Assembly: GCF_947568905.1 (NCBI RefSeq)
Contig: NC_079166.1
Span: 82,584,001 to 82,648,000, forward strand
Direction: 5' to 3'
DNA: 64,000 nt
DNA from: Ostrea edulis
Taxonomy: Eukaryota
Under the pieces are notes generated by a model. It was given only the letters and a program-made list of their open reading frames with translations. It was not told the DNA's origin and ran no database searches. The translations under genes and the position numbers were made by a program. Shown here one piece after another: positions 1-14,362 of this stretch (positions are counted from its first letter, which is position 1; each line of letters begins with the position of its first letter).

Positions 1-706
1 CTTATAGAAACGTCAATCAATATATATACTATTGTAACTATTTTAAAACGAAAGTACAGGAACAGGTAGATATTCGCATCAGTAGCTGTTACCACGTGAA
101 ACTTATATTGTTTCTCTATCAAAGCAGAACTAGATTTCACATACTTACGTGCGGGTCTTCTACTTTCGATTAGCAATGGTATTTCCCATTTGGTATTTTT
201 TAGCATATCTAATTAAAGACTTTAAGTCATTCGTAAGTATCACACTCTATGATTGTTTTGTTTTACTGTGGTTGCGTGTATACAGAAATATACAAAATAC
301 CGCCAAATTTACACGAATGAGCATTTGACACTTGTCCTTTATTACTGGCGTATTTAAGGAGCGAGCCCTTCTTGCTATTCATTGTGAAGGTTTTAAATGA
401 ATAGTGAGTAATTAAATATATCTGTTAAATCTACTTCATATTAAATGATCGTTCTGGTGTACACGTGGGTCTTTAAAAAAAATCTGACGTGGGTAATTCG
501 TCACCAAACAATGCAATTAGCTATATGCGGATTCTTCACATTTTGTGTAGAATTGGAGATGTTTTGTACACACACACATGTATAGATATATCCAAATTGT
601 GGTGTTTTTTTTAAAGAAAAAAAACACCTATTTTAAAATGTAACGCCTGTGGATTATAAAGTGAAAGCGCTTGCGTTAAAATTTTAACTTTGTGTACTGT
701 TTATTC

Positions 707-746
<40 letters not shown>

Positions 747-1029
747 CAATAAAAAAAAGCAGGAAAATATACAGTTCCTATATATATATATATCGTGGAT
801 TTTATTTCAGCTTACTTCATGGGAGAGAGTTGTAAATTTTACATCTTATACATGTAAATTCTATGTCTTCATACGACATTGTTTAGACTGCCGAAATATA
901 AATGTAGGAGTTTCATAATTCATATAAATACATGTATTATCATAAATGTGTTACCATGCTTAGATATGTTGTGGTATCGTTCAGATCACCCTGTACACGT
1001 GTTGAAGTCTGTATAAAACTTTTTTAATT

Positions 1030-1064
<35 letters not shown>

Positions 1065-1819
1065 TTTTATTTTTGGTTGCTTGGTCGGTTTTTTATTTTA
1101 ATTCTGACGGATCTCTGTGATACTTTAATTGCTCTGAAATCTCAGTTTTATTACAACATACATATATAAAAACATACATATATAACGTCAAAACGATACG
1201 CACATGCATGTAATACTCGGACTCCGGAGATCTTCCTAAGTCACGTGACTTATAAGAAGCAGTGTCCTTTTAAGGTTACACAAGCTTTTCACTTTCATAT
1301 TTTGTACAGATTGAAATGGCAACCATTTCCTCATGAATGTGGACAATGTGCGTATGAATCTTGATGAATATAGTTCGATTACTTTAACGACTGGGAATAT
1401 TCCGACAGAAGTGAAAGTAACATATAAGTATAAGAAATATATCATATTTTTTTTTAAAATACACGAGGGTGTGAACAGCAACACCTCACGTCAGCATCCG
1501 TTACAGGAAGCGCTAACACGATTCATGAAGCATACTGACTTATTAAAAGCGTCGCATTTCGTACCATATGTAGAAATCTAACTCAACTGAATTTAGCGAA
1601 GTCCCCGCCTGTTTTGTAATTAACGGTACTCAGTTTAAAACTAATCTTAAAAAACACTAATTTTTAAAAGACTGATAACCCGAAAAATGCATGATTATAA
1701 AATCATAATTTTTGTGTAATCTAAATAAATGTTATTGAAACTGTTTTAGATTTCTGAATTCACAATTTCTGACGCGATATTTCTAAATAGTTGTTGTTTA
1801 GCAAGTTCTTTGTTTTGGC

Positions 1820-1985
1820 NNNNNNNNNNNNNNNNNNNNNNNNNNNNNNNNNNNNNNNNNNNNNNNNNNNNNNNNNNNNNNNNNNNNNNNNNNNNNNNNN
1901 NNNNNNNNNNNNNNNNNNNNNNNNNNNNNNNNNNNNNNNNNNNNNNNNNNNNNNNNNNNNNNNNNNNNNNNNNNNNNNNNNNNNN
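1820..1985. other. Assembly gap (166 N)
   Basis: Run of N in the sequence. Confidence 0.99.
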
Positions 1986-3123
1986 AGCAGTTAGTTACAT
2001 ATCGGCACCTTATAGAACATCCCTTTCGATTTCGCGAGTTCGCGCATGCGTGTATACCGTGGTTCATTTGCTTGGTTACATTTTCCTCGCTATTCTGATG
2101 GCACCCTAAATAGAAGACTGCGATTGCTGTGATATTTTATTGATTGATACCATACACTCGAAGTTTAGGTTTTGAAATACTTTTTGCATGCAAACGAAAA
2201 TGATTGTATGGTTGTTTTAAAAATGCTGTACATTTCGATACCAGTGTTTTACAATTTACTCCCTCCACATCGTACAATGTACCGATGCAATTATTGCTCT
2301 ATTTTTAGATATTTTAACCCCACCCCAAGCCACAAAAGACAGCGCAACGTTCTTTTTGAATAAGATTGGTAAACAGAGATTCAATACGTTTAAGAAAAAA
2401 ATTAAGTTCGAATGGACGACACAAGACGCACGGCGAACGTCTACAGAAGGGACTGGATTACAATATTAGGTTAAAACTACCGAAAAGTACTGGACATGTT
2501 CATCATGCAGCGGTATTGCTTGGGGGAAATAAATTAAAGATTGGCCTTATGATTCTTATTTTGATCCCAGCGCAATATTTCAATTATCTCAACGAAATCC
2601 TTACCTTTTCTTTTTTATGCATCTATATATATATATATATATATATTTATAAAGTTAGATATAAAGTTAACAATTTTCTCTGAGCGGTAGTGCTTTCATA
2701 CCTAAAACAACTCATTTTATACGTCATAACACAACAATGACAAAGTTCTGCAAAAGGAAGATATTAGTTTACGTTAGAGCAGTATAGGATTTTTAAATCA
2801 AAACCAAAAATGAACCAACGGGTAAACTCTATATTTTGAAATCGAAACTTACTTTTGCATAAAATGCACCCGTTACCTGTCAGTACTCTGTATATAATCA
2901 TCTGAACTTTTAGATAAGGTGGTTCATATTTTTAGCGCAGTCAATACGGAAAAACTATCTGTACTTTCGGTTTAAGCGGTATTTAATCTTTATATTAGAT
3001 TACAAACCGTGACTCTCTACTAGTTTAAACAGTAGCATGTGATTATGTGTAGAATACTATGATATTGTAACCGCGTGTATTAAAAAACAATAAGGGATCT
3101 GTTAAGAAGAAAAAACCTATAAA

Positions 3124-3447
3124 ATAAGACCAATTAAAATTAATTGATATATTATCATTCCCGCCCGCCCCTCTAAAAAGGGCCCGCCCCGATTTTCTTT
3201 TTTCATTTTCGAAAAAATTACGATTTCAAAGAAACTTGCTTCCCAGTGACATGAGTGAATGATTAAAGTCACAGCATGTTTGTTTCATATCCTCTACAAG
3301 GATTCTATGAATGTTAACTTGATTAACACTTTGTGTGATGCCTTTTCGGGAAATAAAAATTAAGAAATAAAATCCTCCCACCCATCCGATATAATTTTTT
3401 TTTGGTGACCCAGGATGATAATCTACTAATTAAGTTAAATTGGCCTA
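3124..3447. mobile_element. Small non-autonomous DNA element (MITE-like) with imperfect ~33-bp terminal inverted repeats
   Basis: The left end TAAGACCAATTAAAATTAATTGATATATTATCAT aligns with the reverse complement of the right end (TTAGGCCAATTTAACTTAATTAGTAGATTATCAT). A related TTAGGCCA..CCAATT end occurs near 62251. Superfamily not assigned. Confidence 0.5.
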
Positions 3448-3493
3448 ATCATAATATGTTAATTTCGATAAAAGACGTCAAATGATAAACAAG

Positions 3494-6400
3494 ACCACGA
3501 CTAATCACCGTAAACATTGTAAGAGTTTACTTCTATATAACCACGACTAATCACAGTACACATTGTAAGAGTTTACTTCTATATAACCACGACTAATCAC
3601 AGTACACATTGTAAGAGTTCACTTCTATATAACCACAACTAATCACAGTAAACATTGTAAGAGTTTACTTCTATATAACCACAACTAATCACAGTAAACA
3701 TTGTAAGAGTTCACTTCTATATAACCACGACTAATCACAGTACACATTGTAAGAGTTCACTTCTATATAACCACAACTAATCACAGTAAACATTGTAAGA
3801 GTTTACTTCTATATAACCACGACTAATCACAGTAAACATTGTAAGAGTTTACTTCTATATAACCACGACTAATCACAGTAAACATTGTAAGAGTTTACTT
3901 CTGTCTAACCACCACTAATCACAGTAAACATTGTAAGAGTTTACTTCTATATAACCACGACTAATCACAGTAAACATTGTAAGAGTTTACTTCTATATAA
4001 CCACGACTAATCACAGTAAACATTGTAAGAGTTTACTTCTGTCTAACCACCACTAATCACAGTAAACATTGTAAGAGTTTACTTCTATATAACCACGACT
4101 AATCACAGTAAACATTGTAAGAGTTTACTTCTGTCTAACCACGACTAATCACAGTAAACATTGTAAGAGTTTACTTCTATATAACCACGACTAATCACAG
4201 TAAACATTGTAAGAGTTTACTTCTGTCTAACCACCACTAATCACAGTAAACATTGTAAGAGTTTACTTCTGTCTAACTACGACTAATCACAGTAAACATT
4301 GTAAGAGTTTACTTCTGTCTAACCACGACTAATCACAGTAAACATTGTAAGAGTTTACTTCTGTCTAACCACGACTAATCACAGTAAACATTGTAAGAGT
4401 TTACTTCTGTCTAACCACGACTAATCACAGTAAACATTGTAAGAGTTTACTTCTGTCTAACCACGACTAATCACAGTAAACATTGTAAGAGTTTACTTCT
4501 GTCTAACCACGACTAATCACAGTAAACATTGTAAGAGTTTACTTCTATATAACCACGACTAATCACAGTAAACATTGTAAGAGTTTACTTCTGTCTAACC
4601 ACGACTAATCACAGTAAACATTGTAAGAGTTTACTTCTATATAACCACGACTAATCACAGTAAACATTGTAAGAGTTTACTTCTGTCTAACCACGACTAA
4701 TCACAGTAAACATTGTAAGAGTTTACTTCTGTCTAACCACGACTAATCACAGTAAACATTGTAAGAGTTTACTTGTCTAACCACGACTAATCACAGTAAA
4801 TATTGTAAGAGTTCACTTCTATATAACCACGACTAATCACAGTAAACATTGTAAGAGTTTACTTCTATATAACCACGACTAATCACAGTAAACATTGTAA
4901 GAGTTTACTTCTGTCTAACCACGACTAATCACAGTAAACATTGTAAGAGTTTACTTGTCTAACCACGACTAATCACAGTAAACATTGTAAGAGTTTACTT
5001 CTATATAACCACGACTAATCACAGTAAACATTGTAAGAGTTTACTTCTGTCTAACCACGACTAATCACAGTAAACATTGTAAGAGTTTACTTCTGTCTAA
5101 CCACGACTAATCACAGTAAACATTGTAAGAGTTTACTTCTGTCTAACCACGACTAATCACAGTAAACATTGTAAGAGTTTACTTCTATATAACCACGACT
5201 AATCACAGTAAACATTGTAAGAGTTTACTTCTGTCTAACCACGACTAATCACAGTAAACATTGTAAGAGTTTACTTCTGTCTAACCACGACTAATCACAG
5301 TAAACATTGTAAGAGTTTACTTCTATATAACCACGACTATTCACAGTAAACATTGTAAGAGTTTAATTCTGTCTAACCACGACTAATCACAGAAAACATT
5401 GTAAGAGTTTACTGCTGTCTAACTACGACTAATCACAGTAAACATTGTAAGAGTTTACTTCTGTCTAACCACGACTAATCACAGTAAACATTGTAAGAGT
5501 TTACTTCTGTCTAACCACGACTAATCACAGTAAACATTGTAAGAGTTTACTTCTATATAACTACGACTATTCACAGTAAACATTGTAAGAGTTCGCTTCT
5601 GTCTAACCACGACTAATCACAGTAAACATTGTAAGAGTTTACTTCTGTCTAACCACGACTAATCACAGTAAACATTGTAAGAGTTTACTTCTGTCTAACC
5701 ACGACTAATCACAGTAAACATTGTAAGAGTTTACTTCTGTCTAACCACCACTAATCACAGTAAACATTGTAAGAGTTTACTTCTATATAACCACGACTAA
5801 TCACAGTAAACATTGTAAGAGTTTACTTCTGTCTAACCACGACTAATCACAGTAAACATTGTAAGAATTCACTTCTGTCTAACCACAACTTATCACAGTA
5901 AACATTGTAAGAGTTTACTTCTGTCTAACCACAACTAATCACAGTAAACATTGTAAGAGTTTACTTCTGTCTAACCACGACTAATCACAGTAAACATTGT
6001 AAGAGTTTACTTCTATATAACCACCACTAATCACAGCAAACATTGTAAGAGTTTACTTCTGTCTAACCACGACTAATCACAGTAAACATTGTAAGAGTTT
6101 ACTTCTGTCTAACCACGACTAATCACAGTAAACATTGTAAGAGTTTACTTCTATATAACCACGACTAATCACAGTAAACATTGTAAGAGTTTACTTGTCT
6201 AACCACGACTAATCACAGTAAACATTGTAAGAGTTTACTTCTGTCTAACCACAACTAATCACAGTAAACATTGTAAGAGTTTACTTCTATATAACCACGA
6301 CTAATCACAGTAAACATTGTAAGAGTTTACGTCTGTCTAACCACGACTAATCACAGTAAACATTGTAAGGGTTTACTTCTGTCTAACCACGACTAATCAC

Positions 6401-9270
6401 AGCAAACATTGTAAGAGTTTACTTCTGTCTAACCACGACTAATCACAGTAAACATTGTAAGAGTTTACTTGTCTAACCACGACTAATCACAGTAAACATT
6501 GTAAGAGTTTACTTCTATATAACCACGACTAATCACAGTAAACATTGTAAGAGTTTACTTCTATATAACCACGACTAATCACAGTAAACATTGTAAGAGT
6601 TTACTTCTGTCTAACCACGACTAATCACATTAAACATTGTAAGAGTTTACTTGTCTAACCACAACTTATCACAGTAAACATTGTAAGAGTTTACTTCTAT
6701 ATAACCACGACTAATCACAGTAAACATTGTAAGAGTTTACTTCTGTCTAACCACGACTAATCACATTAAACATTGTAAGAGTTTACTTCTGTCTAACCAC
6801 AACTTATCACAGTAAACATTGTAAGAGTTTACTTGTCTAACCACAACTTATCACAGTAAACATTGTAAGAGTTTACTTCTATATAACCACGACTAATCAC
6901 AGTAAACATTGTAAGAGTTTACTTCTGTCTAACCACGACTTATCACAGTAAACATTGTAAGAGTTTACTTCTATATAACCACGACTAATCACAGTAAACA
7001 TTGTAAGAGTTTACTTGTCTAACCACGACTAATCACAGTAAACATTGTAAGAGTTTACTTCTGTCTAACCACGACTAATCACAGTAAACATTGTAAGAGT
7101 TTACTTCTGTCTAACCACGACTAATCACAGTAAACATTGTAAGAGTTTACTTCTGTCTAACCACGACTAATCACAGTAAACATTGTAAGAGTTTACTTCT
7201 GTCTAACCACGACTAATCACAGTAAACATTGTAAGAGTTTACTTCTGTCTAACCACGACTAATCACAGTAAACATTGTAAGAGTTTACTTCTATATAACC
7301 ACCACTAATCACAGTAAACATTGTAAGAGTTTACTTCTGTCTAACCACGACTAATCACAGTAAACATTGTAAGTGTTTACTTCTGTCTAACCACGACTAA
7401 TCACAGTAAACATTGTAAGTGTTTACTTCTATATAACCACGACTTATCACAGTAAACATTGTAAGAGTTTACTTGTCTAACCACGACTTATCACAGTAAA
7501 CATTGTAAGAGTTTACTTCTGTCTAACCACGACTAATCACAGTAAACATTGTAAGTGTTTACTTCTGTCTAACCACGACTAATCACAGTAAACATTGTAA
7601 GAGTTTACTTCTATATAACCACGACTAATCACAGTAAACATTGTAAGAGTTTACTTCTGTCTAACCACGACTAATCACAGTAAACATTGTAAGAGTTTAC
7701 TTCTATATAACCACGACTAATCACAGTAAACATTGTAAGAGTTCACTTCTATATAACCACCACTAATCACAGTAAACATTGTAAGAGTTTACTTCTATAT
7801 AACCACGACTAATCACAGTAAACATTGTAAGAGTTCACTTCTATATAACCACGACTAATCACAGTAAACATTGTAAGCGTTCACTTCTATATAACCACGA
7901 CTAATCACAGTAAACATTGTAAGAGTTTACTTCTGTCTAACCACGACTAATCACAGTAAACATTGTAAGAGTTTACTTCTATATAACCACGACTAATCAC
8001 AGTAAACATTGTAAGAGTTCACTTCTATATAACCACCACTAATCACAGTAAACATTGTAAGAGTTTACTTCTATATAACCACGACTAATCACAGTAAACA
8101 TTGTAAGAGTTCACTTCTATATAACCACGACTAATCACAGTAAACATTGTAAGCGTTCACTTCTATATAACCACGACTAATCACAGTAAACATTGTAAGA
8201 GTTTACTTCTGTCTAACCACGACTAATCACAGTAAACATTGTAAGAGTTTACTTCTATATAACCACGACTAATCACAGTAAACATTGTAAGAGTTTACTT
8301 CTATATAACCACGACTAATCACATTAAACATTGTAAGAGTTTACTTCTGTCTAACCACGACTAATCACAGTAAACATTGTAAGAGTTTACTTCTGTCTAA
8401 CCACGACTAATCACAGTAAACATTGTAAGAGTTTACTTCTGTCTAACCACCACTAATCACAGTAAACATTGTAAGTGTTTACTTCTGTCTAACTACGACT
8501 TATCACAGTAAACATTGTAAGAGTTTGATTCTGTCTAACCACGACTAATCACAGTAAACATTGTAAGGATTCGCTTCTGTCTAACCACGACTAATCACAG
8601 TAAACATTGTAAGAGTTTACTTCTGTCTAACCACAACTAATCACAGTAAACATTGTAAGAGTTTACTTGTCTAACCACGACTAATCACAGTAAACATTGT
8701 AAGAGTTTACTTCTGTCTAACCACGACTAATCACAGTAAACATTGTAAGAGTTTACTTCTGTCTAACCACGACTAATCACAGTAAACATTGTAAGAGTTT
8801 ACTTCTATATAACCACGACTAATCACAGTAAACATTGTAAGAGTTTACTTCTGTCTAACCACGACTAATCACAGTAAACATTGTAAGAGTTTACTTCTGT
8901 CTAACCACGACTAATCACAGTAAACATTGTAAGGGTTTACTTCTGTCTAACCACGACTAATCACAGTAAACATTGTAAGAGTTTACTTCTATATAACCAC
9001 GACTAATCACAGTAAACATTGTAAGAGTTTACTTCTGTCTAACCACGACTAATCACAGTAAACATTGTAAGGGTTTACTTCTGTCTAACCACGACTAATC
9101 ACAGTAAACATTGTAAGAGTTTACTTCTATATAACCACGACTAATCACAGTAAACATTGTAAGAGTTTACTTGTCTAACCACAACTTATCACAGTAAACA
9201 TTGTAAGAGTTTACTTCTGTCTAACCACGACTAATCACAGTAAACACTGTAAGGCTTTCCTTCTGTCTAC
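3494..9270. repeat. 46-bp tandem satellite array, ~125 copies
   Basis: Unit ACCACGACTAATCACAGTAAACATTGTAAGAGTTTACTTCT(GTCT/ATAT)A. Successive starts at 3494, 3540 and 3586 give a 46-bp period. The array is highly homogeneous, with two main variants and occasional 3-bp deletions. Confidence 0.98.
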
Positions 9271-9791
9271 AACACAAACATAATCCGTAGATTCATTTCA
9301 GTTAAGATTTCGTGGTTTAAGAATAAAACATGCAGAACATTTACTTTTCATATATAATGCTCGCATTAAAAAACTAAATGTTTGGTAATAATTCGCACAC
9401 AAGCATGGATAGTTATAGCTAAGAAATAGAATATTACAATCACCCCTTCAAAAATTCACATCTTAATAAAATTCAAATGTACATGTACACTTGTACAATG
9501 TAGCATATATAATGATTATTTTTTTAATACGTCTTTTATTCAATGTATATGTATCGTTGAGTATATTACTAACACATTAGAGGGTTGAAATCGCACTTTG
9601 AATACTATATACAGGACAAAACACACACACACGCGCGCGCACACACCATTTTGAGCCCATTTCGCCTTTCTCTTAAAATGGAATGAAATGCGTTTGAGTG
9701 AAAATGTGACTAAATATACATGTACAATATGCAACAATAACAATTTTGTAACTTTACTATTCCAGAGAAAAGAAATCTGAATAGTAAAAAG

Positions 9792-11143
9792 CAGTGGCGG
9801 ATTTAAGGGGCGCAACCCCCACCCCCCACCCACCCCAAATTTTCTAATTTAAAGTAAACCATGGTATCTTCTTTTCATAAAAGATAAAGGATAAAACAAT
9901 TATCTTTCCCCCATTCAATAGTTTTTCAAAACTGTGTCTTCTTTCGTCAATTCATGAATCGCAGTCCTGTACATACACATGTACTCTTCCCAAATGTTAC
10001 TAAATTTCTGTATTTGCTCCAACTAACAGCAGTTTCTTCCATTAGAGTGGAACGCAGAAACCTAGCTATGAAATATGTGACACGATCGTCACGTTCTATG
10101 GGAGAGGATCGACTCATTACACTTCTATTTCTTTTTGTGAGTCAAGACTGAGTCAGTCGTTGAGATGTACGCAAGGCGACAAACCCAGAGGAACGCTGCT
10201 CACTGATCCATTCTCACAGAAATTTTTTTTTTTAAGAATTTCAAACTTATTGTTACTTTTATTGGGATAACTTAGATTCTATTCCAAAAAATATTAAAGA
10301 AAAAAGATATATCGGACAAATGTATTCTAAAAAGAAATAAGAATGAAAATACCAAAATTCAGAAATATTTCAATTTTTCAAATCTGAACCAAGTACTATC
10401 GGAATTATATCTTTAAAAAAATAAAAAGTAGTGATAGAGAAAAAAAATAAAAAGTAGTCGCAGAGAACATTGTGCTTCCACAACTTCTTTCCCTTGATGT
10501 AAAAAACATTACGAATTAAATGAATTTACAAAGAAAACTAAATTCTTGGTGAAAAAAGCATAAAATTAGCAATAATGTGATTATTACAGTAATTTCTATC
10601 AATTTTGATCGGGATCGGTACTTTTTTCTTTCGTTTGATTCAAATCTAAAATATAAGACAGACAGACAGACATTCTTTATGTCCTCTATGGTTTAGAGAT
10701 TAAATCTATCAAACAAGTATTTGATGCAATATGTTTATAATTAATAGTGCTTAATTCTTATATGAAAAATTAGAACATTATACATGAGTCTTCCTCACGC
10801 GTTTAATTAGATATTTATATAATGCATCAAATCAAAGCTAAGTTTGGATTTTAAGATATCTTATTTTCGAACAAAGCACCTATTTATCATTCCAAATAAA
10901 ATCACAGAAAATCATATAAACTAACTGAGAGCTTATATGCCTCTATCGATACTGAAACCAAACTTCACATGAGATGCTTAAATGAGCCATTAAACGAACG
11001 GCCATACAATATATGTCATTTGATTAATTTCACCTCATCAGAAATGACAGAAAATAATACATTGACTATATATACATGTAGGAGACGTATTCCTCCCTCG
11101 TGAAGTTGCGCCCCGCTAACTTCAATTCCTGAATCCGCCCCTG
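9792..11143. mobile_element. Possible degenerate TIR element or two remnants of the CAG(T/G)GGCGGAT family
   Basis: CAGTGGCGGATT at 9792 and its near-inverse AATCCGCCCCTG ending ~11143. No matching target-site duplication. A similar right end (GGATCCGCCACTG) occurs at ~30543-30555. Confidence 0.3.
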
Positions 11144-11300
11144 AAAAATGATCAAATTTAAGAATAATGATAAAACGTACAGAAGTGTTCTTTCAAATTA
11201 CCAAACTCGCTCACAAGTATATAAAGCCACATAATTCAATTATCCATAGCAATATACATCCAAATGACTGCACATGTGCCGACATCATTTGATGTGCTAA

Positions 11301-11745
11301 AGGGACTGATTCATGATTTTCCCCAAAATTTTGTTTTTCACTTTTAATGATCAAAATTTATTGTCTAATTTGTTTAAAAGATTTCACATAAAAATTAAGG
11401 TTATACATTATCACGAAGCTCATTTTAGAGAGTTCATTATTTGTTTGTAAACAAAGATTGCGGTATGTTCAAGTATTCTTTGGGGGAAATGTGTCATATA
11501 TACGTTATATTTGTCACTATGCAAAATTAAGATGCTTTATATTACAAAATTAACATTTCACTGGTTTGTTTGTATACATGGAAATACTCTTTGTTTACAT
11601 AACACAGATTGAAGGCTAAAATATTTCTTTTATTCTTGCGTTCAGACGGTCAAAAGTTTGGCTGTCAACATTAAATCAGTTATATTTTCAATGTTTAACA
11701 TCAAAAATTAAAAAATATTATTTTTCAAATGTCGTGAACCAGTCC
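11301..11745. mobile_element. Degenerate Kolobok-like non-autonomous element
   Basis: Starts (CTAA)AGGGACTGATTCATGA. The far end TCGTGAACCAGTCC is its imperfect inverse. A TTAA-like left flank and RR terminus fit Kolobok. The right TSD is lost. Confidence 0.35.
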
Positions 11746-12360
11746 AACATATGGGTCCGTTGGGCCTGGAGTAAAATTATACTAGCATGTATCTTAAATG
11801 AAATGCAAAAGTTGTATCATAAATGTCACTATAATAAAAGATTTACTTACATGTCCAAAATACTACAGGATCCAAAATCTTACGATATACATTCTGAATG
11901 TTGTAATATGTATACATACATGTACATGCATTCATTATCATTGTAGCGAAATAGACCTCTGAACTTTATATAAAAGTTTATATACTTAGAAGATAAGGAA
12001 TAAATTTGGAAACAGATATATAGACAATGTAGGATTGGGGGAGAGGGTGATTTCTGCATAAAATGATAATTTTGAACACTCACTGTACTAGTAGATGTTA
12101 AGAATTAAAATCTGCATGGTGGGATTATCTGGCTATACTTGTAGTCTATTGTATACACGTGTGAACAACGATATGACGATCACAGAACTACGTATCATTG
12201 CGCAGGGTGATTAGGCTACATATTATAGTTCATGCAAAAACCAATTAGGTTAGACATTACAATTCCGATTAAATAGATAATGATAATGATGATATTGTAG
12301 ACTTTGTTCCCCATCCATTTCACTCTCTCAGTCTAGTGCAACCTGTTCCAACGCATCTTC

Positions 12361-13586
12361 TCATTTAATTCTTATCCCGGAGAAGGTTGTCTCATGAGCC
12401 TGATCTGATAATAGATAACTCCCCATTTCATATTTGACATAGACCTTATCTCCTAACTGTAGCCGAATAACTAGAAGATTTGATGATGTGACGCTATTCC
12501 ATGGTCTTCCATAAGCATACGTCAGCAATCGTTCTTTGATTTCCCCATTAACAACGATGTCGGCGTTAAAGGTATTATTAGTAAGAGTTGCAATGTTACA
12601 GAAGAAGAGGTACGTCCCGATTTGTGGGACTGTGAACACCCCTGTCGATGGGTTGTATCCTCCCCCCTCGCTGTCGATGACAGAAGAGAACAGCACTATT
12701 TCTCCGTCCTTCCACGTCATTTTGTTGTCCGTCCGCGCAGCTGTGAAGCTTATCTTAGTATTCATATCTGAAATGATTAAAGGACATATCGCATGTTTCC
12801 AAAATACAAAACAAAATGTATACAATATCATATGCATTCTGTCTTTCTTATTCAAATGAGCAGACTCAAACCAGGAGCAGGTTAAAGCAATCAATGTGAG
12901 GAGAATCAGGAATAACAATATACATGTACTAACCAAAGAGTAGACTTGCTCAAGTCTCTATATTTAATAATCGGTGCTCTCTTTAATACTTTTTAATAAT
13001 GCCCAACATATAGTGTCATCTATGTTGGGTGCCATTTCAGTATGGGAGAGAGCAGATATTTAGATTTCTGAAACACAGTAAAACTTGGACGAAATGATAA
13101 AGTAATAAAAACAACATAGAGACTTGGGCAAGTCTAACCAAAGAGCTACGACTTAATTATGGAAACCGACTGAACAAATAATAAACGCATACTCGAGACT
13201 TTTGCTTGTAATTACGATATCATTGTCTCGTAATTACGAGATAGTGGACTGTGAATTTTCTTTCATTAAATGATACTAACAGGCTTTCATAGGGAAGGGC
13301 TATAAATCTGAGAGAGAAAGGAGCGATGAGTGTATCTATAGACAGGTGACAAAGATCGTTATCACCCGCTTATGTTACCTGTTTCTAGGTGTTCAATTCG
13401 AGATAACGCGGCGTTTGTTGACAGTTTGGTACTTCTGGAGTTGTTTTGTAACTGTGATATTTCATGGTTGATATCAACTAAAATTCAGTTACAAAGAATA
13501 AGTTCAAAAACATTTAATTGATTGACAATTGAAGACAGATAAGGAGAAAGGGAGACGTGGGTGAAGAGAGAGAAACAAGAGATATG

Positions 13587-13628
<42 letters not shown>

Positions 13629-14362
13629 AGAGAGAGAGAGAGAGAGATTTTATGCAGACCTATCTCATCTTTCATTTCAGTTTTGTTCTTCTGCAGTTCA
13701 ACAAGTTGCGCTGATGTGTTTTTCTGTCGATGCTCAACATTTCGTAAATCATTGCTAACATCATTTAAAGAGAGAGAAATATAGCGCACCTGTTTCTGTG
13801 ATGCGTCTATAGAACTGCCCAGCGCTGTCACATTGTTCACTATGTCCTGCTTATTTTGGCGGAGTTCCTGCTGTACTTCAAAACGTATCGACTGTTTCAA
13901 GGTGTTCTCTCTGCTAATTACATCTAGTAACTTCCGGTCAACATTTCTCATTGTTTCGTTTACAGCGTTAATATCCGCAGCATTTTGTTCCACAGTTCTG
14001 TTCAGAATGGATATGTTTTCTGCTGTGTCTTGCATGCTTTGGTGAATACTCCGATTGCATGATTTCGTGAACCGCTGTAAATTCTCCACGTCGTGTCGCA
14101 GAATTTCTATATCACTCTTGTACAGTTTCCTCTGCTCCTTTAACTCGGCTTGTAGAAAGGTAATTTGATTCAATGCCGTGGCAAGTTCCTGTTTCAGGAG
14201 AGCCACATCCTGTAACAAGATGTGCATGACGCTTCCTTCTGGGGCGGTGATCCCACCGCCATTTTGTGGAATTGGTGTGCTGTGGTATGAGGGTCCAGAA
14301 AGAAGGAAAGCATCACTCACGCTAAAATACCACAAAAAGAAAAGCATCATACATCTATACAT
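12361..14362 (-). CDS. Secreted coiled-coil C1q-domain-containing protein (C1qDC), ~402 aa, 3 exons
   Basis: Exons 14362-13660 (signal peptide MYRCMMLFFLWYFSVSDA plus heptad-rich coiled coil), 13477-13379 (99 nt, VDINHEISQLQNN...IEHLET) and 12767-12361 (gC1q domain: ISFTAA...IVLFSSV...GGGYNPSTGVFTVPQIGTYLFF...LQLGDKVYVK...TTFSGIRIK*). Both introns are GT-AG, phase 1. Total 1209 nt, in frame. Confidence 0.92.
13588..13646. repeat. (GA)n microsatellite with a poly-G interruption in C1qDC intron 1
   Basis: Directly visible in the sequence. Confidence 0.95.

Noticed and set aside
1333-1581. 82-aa ORF possibly from a decayed transposase
   Set aside because: No recognisable motif. It is short enough to be a chance ORF and lies next to an assembly gap.
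1791-2109. ORFs spanning the N gap (also 40494-40897)
   Set aside because: Artefacts of translating N runs. Only the exon at 40549-40664 is real.
3494-9270. CRISPR-like appearance of the long regular array
   Set aside because: Head-to-tail units with no unique spacers, no cas genes and a eukaryotic context.
13514-13659. Hydrophobic C-terminus (SLSLSL...PFLLICLQLSIN) of the ORF-track protein, suggesting a membrane anchor
   Set aside because: It is read-through into intron 1 across a (CT)n tract. The real transcript most likely splices at 13660 to two further exons.
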